Of a DNA stretch of 64,000 nt, positions 57,180 to 64,000 are shown piece by piece (within the stretch, counting starts at the first letter, position 1; each line of letters begins with the position of its first letter). Position numbers and translations under genes: made by a program. This DNA is from Candidatus Taylorbacteria bacterium RIFCSPHIGHO2_01_FULL_46_22b. Lineage in GTDB: Bacteria; Patescibacteriota; Minisyncoccia; Phycocordibacterales; DSPV01. The stretch lies in the NCBI GenBank assembly GCA_001820875.1, contig MHRF01000013.1, forward strand, positions 9,992 through 73,991, given 5' to 3'. The notes beneath the pieces are model-generated. The model had not been told where the DNA came from. It saw only the letters and a program-made list of their open reading frames with translations, and searched no databases.

Positions 57180-58796
57180 CTAGCGCGCGGGCTGGCCGCT
57201 TTTGTACACCTCTTTGATCTGCCGCTCGAGTGCGGTGATCTTGTTCGGGTCGTACACATCGTCAGCATCACCTTCGATGAGCATCTTGTGAAGCAATTCG
57301 TCGGCCACCAAAAGGTCGGCCTTCTGACCCTCCGCAAGCGTCCCACGATTGTCTCCCTCGAACCGACCGACTGCCACCGTAGCGGCATCAATCGCATCCG
57401 GAAGTGACAACCGCTGATGTGCGTACTTCGCGTGCGTCGCCAAGTAAATGGCGTAGAGATTCGAATCCGGCATCCCATCCGTACCAGTCATCGTGTTGAT
57501 TTCGGCATCCAAGATCGCTCGATGCGGGCAGATCCACTCCACCCGATCCCCAAGCCGATCCCGATAGGGAGCGTCCAGAAGAAAGTTCGGCTGCGGACAC
57601 ACCCACACCCCAAGGTCCTTTGCCATCTGAAGGGTTTCCTTCAGCGGCAAGGGTAATTCGAAGTGCTCGATTCGGAAGACTTGGGAAAACCCCCTCGTTG
57701 AAGCAAGTTTTTGCCACCGCTTCGCGGTAAGGAGTGCTTCTTGCACTCCCGAGTCACCAATCGCGTGCATGGCAACAGTGGTGATGCCATGTTTCGCAGC
57801 CTGACAGAGTGAATCCTCGACGTATTCCGGTGAATCGAACCATAGGCCTTTGCAACCAGTACCAAGGTACGGCTGCGACAGTGCCGCAGTTCGAGCACCG
57901 AAACTGCCGTCGGCGAAGAGCTTAAGGCCAACCATGCGCCGGAAGTCACTCCCCGTGAACAATCCTTCCGACTCAAGGTCGGGAAGGTTGTTGACGAGAA
58001 ACGTGATGTGCTCTGGCCGCAGGTAGATCCTCGTGATGGGAAACTCGAATCCGTACTTCTCCTGCCACCGATTACGCAGGGAGAGAACAGCACGGATCTG
58101 CATTTCCGTCCGCATGCACAAGTCGTGCACACCGGTGATGCCTTGCTTCAAATACTTCAGAAGCAGAGCTTCAATCGCCATCTCAAGCTCCAGCTGGGAA
58201 AAGGCGCTCTCGCCGACTTCCATTCCCGCCAGTCCGCAATCTTCAGTCGCCCTGCCGTCTTTGGTAAGACAGCCAGCGACATGCGGACGCGAACGCAGAA
58301 GCTCTTCGATATCAGCACCCATCGGGCGCGACACGATTGCTCCATGGAAGGATGGGTCGTACACAATGACCTTCCGGTCAGGAAACGCTTCGTCAAGATC
58401 CCGACCGGAAAGGCTGGGCACGACGGAGTTGTTCCATCCAGTGGCAATGATTGAACCCGACAGCGGCGCTGGACGAAGACGGTTAATGATTTCGGCAACT
58501 GTCGTACACCCGTACAGCGAGACCGAACTCATCATCGCAAGCGATGCGTAAAGCGCCGGATGCGTGTGAGCATCGGTCAAGCCGGGGATCAAAAGTCCCC
58601 CGACCTGTTCGACGACAATTTTCGCATGATGATCTCGGCGTTGAGCGTAAACCCAACCCCCCACATCTTGCAGGGCGCCAGACTTGACGATCAAGCCAGT
58701 TGCATCCACCACGACCGCAAGGTCGTTGTAAGCGATGCCTCCACTGATCGCGATGCGAGGAGTGAAGACGCTCAGCCCGTTCTCTTTCGTTTTCAT
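57180..58796 (-). CDS. Amidohydrolase family 3 (YtcJ-like), paralog A
   Basis: PGLTDAHTH, KLFADGSFG, MHAIGD, RIEH, GTDG, GQKADL. Confidence 0.9.
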   Translation of the reverse strand: MKTKENGLSVFTPRIAISGGIAYNDLAVVVDATGLIVKSGALQDVGGWVYAQRRDHHAKIVVEQVGGLLIPGLTDAHTHPALYASLAMMSSVSLYGCTTVAEIINRLRPAPLSGSIIATGWNNSVVPSLSGRDLDEAFPDRKVIVYDPSFHGAIVSRPMGADIEELLRSRPHVAGCLTKDGRATEDCGLAGMEVGESAFSQLELEMAIEALLLKYLKQGITGVHDLCMRTEMQIRAVLSLRNRWQEKYGFEFPITRIYLRPEHITFLVNNLPDLESEGLFTGSDFRRMVGLKLFADGSFGARTAALSQPYLGTGCKGLWFDSPEYVEDSLCQAAKHGITTVAMHAIGDSGVQEALLTAKRWQKLASTRGFSQVFRIEHFELPLPLKETLQMAKDLGVWVCPQPNFLLDAPYRDRLGDRVEWICPHRAILDAEINTMTGTDGMPDSNLYAIYLATHAKYAHQRLSLPDAIDAATVAVGRFEGDNRGTLAEGQKADLLVADELLHKMLIEGDADDVYDPNKITALERQIKEVYKSGQPAR

Positions 58797-58930
58797 TCGT
58801 TTTGGTCTTTCTGTTGGTTTTTTCGTTCAGTTCGTCAGAAATTGACTATTCAATTTACAAAGGTCAGACATACGTTGACCCAATCTATATTATAACATTA
58901 ATATTAGCCACTTGCAAGTCCTTTCTGTAT

Positions 58931-60598
58931 TTATGTTCTCCCGTAAACCTGAACACCTGTTTTATAGACTGATCTAATTGATCCTTCCAATTCTGCGATT
59001 TTTGCTGGGTTCCACCCGATATCAGGATCGCCAGCGGCAAGCTGATTTATAAGTGTGGGATCAGCAACGATAATATCAGCTTGTTGTCCTTCTGAAAGCA
59101 TTCCTCTATTAGTACCCTCGAATCTACCGGTTGCAACTGTAGAGGCAAAGAGCGCTTCTGGGAGGCTTAACCGCTGATGTTCCTCTCCTGCATGTGTTGC
59201 CGCATAAATAGCGTATAGCATCGAGTCCGGCATCCCGTCAGTACCAAGCATCATAGGCACTCCCTGATTGACCATCTCGCCGTGCGGACAAATCCACTTA
59301 ACACGTTCCCCCAACCGATCTTTATATACAAAATCTAACAAAAAATTTGGTTGCGGCACCACCCACACCCCCATATTTCGGGCTTCAGCAATCGTCTGTT
59401 GCATTGGCAGTGGAAGTGAAAAATGCTCAATACGAAAAGAAGGGGAAGATGCACCTCGTGCTGCGATATCCTGCCATTTACGCGCGGTCTCAAGCGCGCG
59501 GCGAATTCCTTCGTCTCCAATCGCATGCATCGCCACGTTGGTGATTCCATGCTCGCGCGCAATCTGCAACGCCTTATTTATTTTTTCTATGTTATCAAAC
59601 CAGAGGCCTCTCCCCTTCCCACCCAGAAATGGTTCTCCCATCTTTGCGGTGTAAGAGCCGAAGCTCCCGTCAGCTAAGAGTTTCATTCCGATCAAATCGG
59701 GCATCTCTTCCCACGAAATCAGTTTGAGTTTCTGAAGTTCGTCCATGTTTTTGCCTAAATGCTCGATCATTTCGGGACGCAAATGGAATTTGGTGATTGG
59801 AAATTCAATTCCCCGCTCATCTTTCCATTTTTTCCGCAATATAAGCGCGGCCTCAAGTTCAAGAGGTGTCTGGATGATCATGTCATGCACACTCGTAATC
59901 CCCTGTCGAAGATATCCGTCAAGTTTATTCTCCACCACCTCGGAGACCTGATCCACCGAAAAACGTGCTTGAGCTATTTCAAGCGCAGACAATCCATATT
60001 CTTCGCTGACCAAACCATCCTTTTTGAGATACCCTGCAAAATCTCGAGTCTGCGCCAGACGTTCAATCTCCCGTGCCATTGATTGAGAAACCACGCCCCC
60101 ATGAAAAGATCGATCGAGGACTACTACCTCCCGCCCCCCGAACACTCTATCGATATCCGCACCAACAAGATCCCTCACCTTCGAATTGTCCATTCCGATT
60201 GCAACTAAAGGCTTGTCGCCTTCAATTTCTTTTGACGCTGTCCTAATCCGATCGAGCACCTCCTCTTTCGTCTTACAGTCGGCAAGAGAAATCGCCTTAA
60301 GAAGTTCAAGCGAGCCATAGAGAATAGGATGTTCATGTGCGTCAGTCAGTCCTGCAATTACATTTCCTCCTTCTTCTGTTCGCGAGATATGTTTTCCCCG
60401 CTTTCCTTCAGCGGCAAGCCACTCGTTAACATCATTTGTCCCGCCTGCTTTTATAATAGTTCCGATCTCGGGGTCAATAACTGCTTTAAAATCAGAGACG
60501 ACTTCTTTTCCTACGATTGCTTTTTCGGGTGATAAGACAGTGTACCCGTCGGGAGATTCAGAGTTACCTGTTTGTGGAAATTGTTCAGGTGTTTTCAT
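58931..60598 (-). CDS. Amidohydrolase family 3 (YtcJ-like), paralog B
   Basis: GLTDAHEH, KLLADGSFG, MHAIGD, RIEH, GTDG, GQQADI. Confidence 0.9.
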   Translation of the reverse strand: MKTPEQFPQTGNSESPDGYTVLSPEKAIVGKEVVSDFKAVIDPEIGTIIKAGGTNDVNEWLAAEGKRGKHISRTEEGGNVIAGLTDAHEHPILYGSLELLKAISLADCKTKEEVLDRIRTASKEIEGDKPLVAIGMDNSKVRDLVGADIDRVFGGREVVVLDRSFHGGVVSQSMAREIERLAQTRDFAGYLKKDGLVSEEYGLSALEIAQARFSVDQVSEVVENKLDGYLRQGITSVHDMIIQTPLELEAALILRKKWKDERGIEFPITKFHLRPEMIEHLGKNMDELQKLKLISWEEMPDLIGMKLLADGSFGSYTAKMGEPFLGGKGRGLWFDNIEKINKALQIAREHGITNVAMHAIGDEGIRRALETARKWQDIAARGASSPSFRIEHFSLPLPMQQTIAEARNMGVWVVPQPNFLLDFVYKDRLGERVKWICPHGEMVNQGVPMMLGTDGMPDSMLYAIYAATHAGEEHQRLSLPEALFASTVATGRFEGTNRGMLSEGQQADIIVADPTLINQLAAGDPDIGWNPAKIAELEGSIRSVYKTGVQVYGRT

Positions 60599-60664
60599 GT
60601 GTGGCGAATTTTTCTATATTCGGAACTGGAAATAAAAGAATTAGCTCTTATACAATAAACTTTA

Positions 60665-61609
60665 TTATTTCACTTTGATATCAAGGAGATACGTAATCAG
60701 TGCCATCATCACTGCAGTCCAATCTTTGAGCATGGCGTGAGTTATACAGCGCGAATCAGCATCCGCTTCAGTCATATTTACAATCATTCTCCCATCAGTC
60801 ATCGCACCGGGCATACCATATGAAAAAGAAGATTGCTTTCCAAGTAACGCAAAATCTTTCTTCCCCATAATCTGAAAATCCTTGTTATATGCTTCAAGAT
60901 GCTTTGGGTCCTCCCCTGCCTGCGGCAACCCTTCGATGACAGAAAAATAATCCACTTCACCTATAAAATCTTTTACGGGAGCGGTAATAAATTTCGCACC
61001 AGATGCTTCTGCTTCTTTTTTAATATAGTCGGGCGTATTGAATTCAGGGATAACTGGATCGACATAAAATGTAGCTCCGTACTTCGCGAGTAATCGCGTG
61101 ATTGCCTTTGATGGTCGTGACGACTTTACCATTCCGTACATACCAACTTTCAGGTTGTCCATTTTCCCCATTTTCTTCGCAATGGTATACGCCATGCCTA
61201 GTGCTCCTGCAGAATGCTCATCTCCCCCGCACATACCATTGATCAACGGAACTGTTGCTTTCTTGGAATAAGTAGCCAAATCAAAATTCTTATGCCGTAT
61301 TCCGAGTATATCTGCAGAATCGGAAAGTGAGTTAAGAGTATCGTCCATTGATTCTTCTCCAATATTTACATAACTGCCCGCTGGCGACGGAATCCCGTTC
61401 CATCCTCCTCCAAGTCTAATGATTGCTGACTGTAATCCAGAAGCGGTTCGAGTACTCTCTTGGAAAAATCCAAGACCAAGCACTTTGCCAGGCGCCACGT
61501 GAGTGAAATCCTTTCCTTTTACATCAAAAATCTTCGCGCGGCGAAACACCTCGTCAAAATCCTCTTTGGTAAAATCGTTGACCTGTGAAAAATGCTTTAT
61601 CTTGTTCAT
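60665..61609 (-). CDS. Aspartate/ornithine carbamoyltransferase superfamily, divergent
   Basis: FFQESTRT, GEESMDDT, IRH, PLING; HPTQ and HPLP motifs altered. Confidence 0.85.
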   Translation of the reverse strand: MNKIKHFSQVNDFTKEDFDEVFRRAKIFDVKGKDFTHVAPGKVLGLGFFQESTRTASGLQSAIIRLGGGWNGIPSPAGSYVNIGEESMDDTLNSLSDSADILGIRHKNFDLATYSKKATVPLINGMCGGDEHSAGALGMAYTIAKKMGKMDNLKVGMYGMVKSSRPSKAITRLLAKYGATFYVDPVIPEFNTPDYIKKEAEASGAKFITAPVKDFIGEVDYFSVIEGLPQAGEDPKHLEAYNKDFQIMGKKDFALLGKQSSFSYGMPGAMTDGRMIVNMTEADADSRCITHAMLKDWTAVMMALITYLLDIKVK

Positions 61610-61754
61610 CGTATTCTATTAAAATAACTATACTCACAGTGTAGCACTTTATAGAAATGCAAGAAAAGTCGACTTGACCACATGGGAAAGAGGACGTAAT
61701 ATCCGAAACGGAACAGTCCGGAATTAACCGACTGTAACTGGAGAAAGGACCGTT

Positions 61755-62246
61755 GTGGCCTCAAAATTGAAAGTACTTGCCGTATGCGACGGAAACGCAT
61801 TTCGGAGTCCGTTGTTTGCCGCGCTTCTGCTCAAAGCACTCGAGAAGCGAAAAATATTCGCGGTGGAAGTCTTCAGTGCCGGACTCAAAGAATCTCTCAA
61901 AACAAACAGGTCGTGCTCCGGTGCATGTGAGGAAGCACTCGCATTCGCAGCGCGAGATGAACTCGACCTCACTGCTCACTGCCGGAAACACATCAGCGAG
62001 ATCTCCCACTTGGAGACATTTGGGATGGTAATCTGTATGGATCCGCGTCACTGCGGGCACCTCCAAGCGGCTGAGGTAGAACAGCGTCAAATCTGGATCG
62101 CGAACGAAAGTGCTGGAGGTATCGAGGATCCGCACGGGGAAGGCCCTGCAGAACATCAGAGATGTTTTGACTTGCTTCAGAGGGAAGCAGTGATAATTGC
62201 GGACCACATCGAAATAGAACACTTCGACCACGCGGAAGAAGTGTGA
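61755..62246 (+). CDS. Low-molecular-weight protein tyrosine phosphatase / ArsC-like
   Basis: VCDGNAFRS (CX5R), SAG, IEDP; RBS GAAAGGA. Confidence 0.85.
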   Translation: MASKLKVLAVCDGNAFRSPLFAALLLKALEKRKIFAVEVFSAGLKESLKTNRSCSGACEEALAFAARDELDLTAHCRKHISEISHLETFGMVICMDPRHCGHLQAAEVEQRQIWIANESAGGIEDPHGEGPAEHQRCFDLLQREAVIIADHIEIEHFDHAEEV

Positions 62247-62315
62247 GTGTCAAAAGATTGATCAGACTCTGGAAGGCCCGTAGCGCTAGCGCTGCGGGCT
62301 CCTCTTTTTTTTACA

Positions 62316-63791
62316 TTAAGACAATTTCCGCACTACGCCTCTTTCTGCATCAACTTCAAGCTGATCGCCATCTTTGAAGATCTCGGTTGCATTCTCAATT
62401 CCCACCACGCACGGGATACCAAACTCGCGCGACACGACAGACACATGCGCGGTCAATCCTCCTTCTTCTGCAACCACTGCTCCTGATTTTTTGATAATCG
62501 AAACAAAATCGGGACTCGTATTGGTTACCACCAATATATCGCCATCACGCAGTTTCCCAAAATCCTTTTTCTCTAGAACAACACGCGCTATACCGCGAGC
62601 GTTGCCACGCGACGCGACGCGTCCTTTGAATTCTTTTTGAGAACTAAAAGCGATTGACGCATGTTCTGCAATGAATTTCTCCGCATCATCCCCCGTCAAA
62701 AAAACGAGTTTTCCATCCGGTGCCCCAATACACACATTTTGACGTACACGTTCTTTGACAAATCCTTCATCAGGTTTTTTGCCGTCCAGTAACGCAAAAA
62801 TTTCATCAGGAACAAGATCTTTAATATACTCGAGAGAGACTCCAGATTTTTTTGCTATTTCCGCAAGCACCCACTCTCCGCGATATTCAAGTTCATTGAT
62901 CGCACACTTGTAATAATCTTTAAGATAAGTCGCCCATGATGCAACCTGCACAATTGCTTTCCCTTTTTTATCAAGCCCCTCTAAAAGCCGCGCCTGACTA
63001 TGTTCTTCTTCAGCAATTTGATTTTTCATTGCAACAAGCGCGAGTTCAGGATCTTTCCCTGCAAAATCAAGAATTTCTTTTTCATAATCTGCAAAAACTT
63101 TCGGCGGTTCGTCAAAATATCCCATTTCACTCCATGCATAACTATCAACAAGTTTTTGAACTTTCTTTTGATACTTCGTGGTGCCTTTTACCAATGTCCC
63201 CCGAGCAACCCCTACAGATACATCAAGAATTGCTAAACGTTCCTCTGCGTTGAAAGGACACTTGATAGGAAGCGCCGCGATGGCAAGTGCAGTGTCTACG
63301 TCAGACACACCTCGAAAAAGGGTACGCAATTTTTCAATAACCGCACGGTCAATCATTCTTAAATTTCCCGCGCAAACCATCATGTTCCAATACAGATCCA
63401 TGTAACTCTTAAGAAGAGTTTTGAGTTCTTCAGAAGAATAATCTCGGGACTCACGTGTAAATGTTTTCCGAGCAAAGACACGAAGACGAGAAAGGTGGGT
63501 CTCCATTTTCTCAAGATGTTTAGAGCTCTTGAGATATCGATCAATATAAAATCCTAAAAAATCTTCGAGCGTCTGTCCCTGTGGGGGAAAGAGGTAAAAC
63601 TTAGTGAGATGGTTCTTTGATATTACCGATATTCCTATTTTATGTGGATACGTAGGGTGTGTGTGAGAGACTTGTTCACAGATAAAATATTCAAAAAAGG
63701 TATAGCAGGCACGCCCTCCTTCCGGAGAAAGTTCTATTTTTTCAAGTTCCTCGCTCGTAAAGCTCTTATAAGATGAAAATGTCTGTATCAT
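62316..63791 (-). CDS. PEP-utilizing enzyme mobile (phospho-His) domain protein with helical N-terminal region
   Basis: FKGRVASRG.ARG, ILVVTNTSPDF, EGGLTAHVSVVSREFGIPCVVG, DGDQLEVDA; no ATP-grasp domain recognised. Confidence 0.88.
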   Translation of the reverse strand: MIQTFSSYKSFTSEELEKIELSPEGGRACYTFFEYFICEQVSHTHPTYPHKIGISVISKNHLTKFYLFPPQGQTLEDFLGFYIDRYLKSSKHLEKMETHLSRLRVFARKTFTRESRDYSSEELKTLLKSYMDLYWNMMVCAGNLRMIDRAVIEKLRTLFRGVSDVDTALAIAALPIKCPFNAEERLAILDVSVGVARGTLVKGTTKYQKKVQKLVDSYAWSEMGYFDEPPKVFADYEKEILDFAGKDPELALVAMKNQIAEEEHSQARLLEGLDKKGKAIVQVASWATYLKDYYKCAINELEYRGEWVLAEIAKKSGVSLEYIKDLVPDEIFALLDGKKPDEGFVKERVRQNVCIGAPDGKLVFLTGDDAEKFIAEHASIAFSSQKEFKGRVASRGNARGIARVVLEKKDFGKLRDGDILVVTNTSPDFVSIIKKSGAVVAEEGGLTAHVSVVSREFGIPCVVGIENATEIFKDGDQLEVDAERGVVRKLS

Positions 63792-63890
63792 GTGGTTTTG
63801 ACCATACTAACCACACAGGGCTCTACGTCAACCCACCCACTTCGCGGTTCCGGTAAACTTCTATTCATTTTGTACGATATATCAAACAAA

Positions 63891-64000
63891 TTATATTTTT
63901 CGAACAATACCCTTTTCTGCATCGACTTCAATCAAATCTCCATCATGAAAAACCCGAGTAGCAGTTTTGGTCCCAATAATGCATGGTTTTTTCATCTCCC
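63891..64000 (-). CDS. 3' end of a second PEP-utilizing mobile-domain protein (runs off the window)
   Basis: Manual translation ...EMKKPCIIGTKTATRVFHDGDLIEVDAEKGIVRKI*. Confidence 0.85.
   Translation of the reverse strand, partial: EMKKPCIIGTKTATRVFHDGDLIEVDAEKGIVRKI

Overview
64-kb chromosomal window most consistent with a Patescibacteria (CPR, Parcubacteria-like) genome using code 11. The assignment is inferred from gene content, compact housekeeping proteins and CPR-type hypothetical families. Housekeeping content: ctpA, rplI, rpmA, gltX, murG-ftsW-mraY, a D,D-carboxypeptidase, scpAB, trpS, plsC, grpE-dnaK-dnaJ, infA-rpmJ-rpsM-rpsK-rpsD-rpoA-rplQ-rplM-rpsI, alaS, mnmA, mltG, leuS, ychF, zwf-gnd-pgl, and three tRNAs (Pro-GGG, Ala-GGC, Val-CAC). 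Gene orientation flips from mostly + to mostly - at about 11.4 kb, where a symmetric 28-bp dif-like site lies, so this is a candidate replication terminus. Most unusual items: (1) a RAYT/HUH transposase with perfect 22-bp terminal inverted repeats sits inside an RHS core, and a third repeat copy closes off an RHS toxin-immunity cassette; (2) a nested tRNA-Pro in which a full tRNA lies between exact copies of its own 5' and 3' parts, joined by mutually complementary spacers; (3) a tRNA-Val followed by an antisense T-arm and a second T-arm/acceptor 3' end; (4) a LAGLIDADG-like ORF whose stop codon lies inside tRNA-Ala; (5) a cluster of two amidohydrolases, a motif-altered carbamoyltransferase and tandem PEP-utilizer His-domain proteins. 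All family calls come from motif recognition by eye; no database searches were run.
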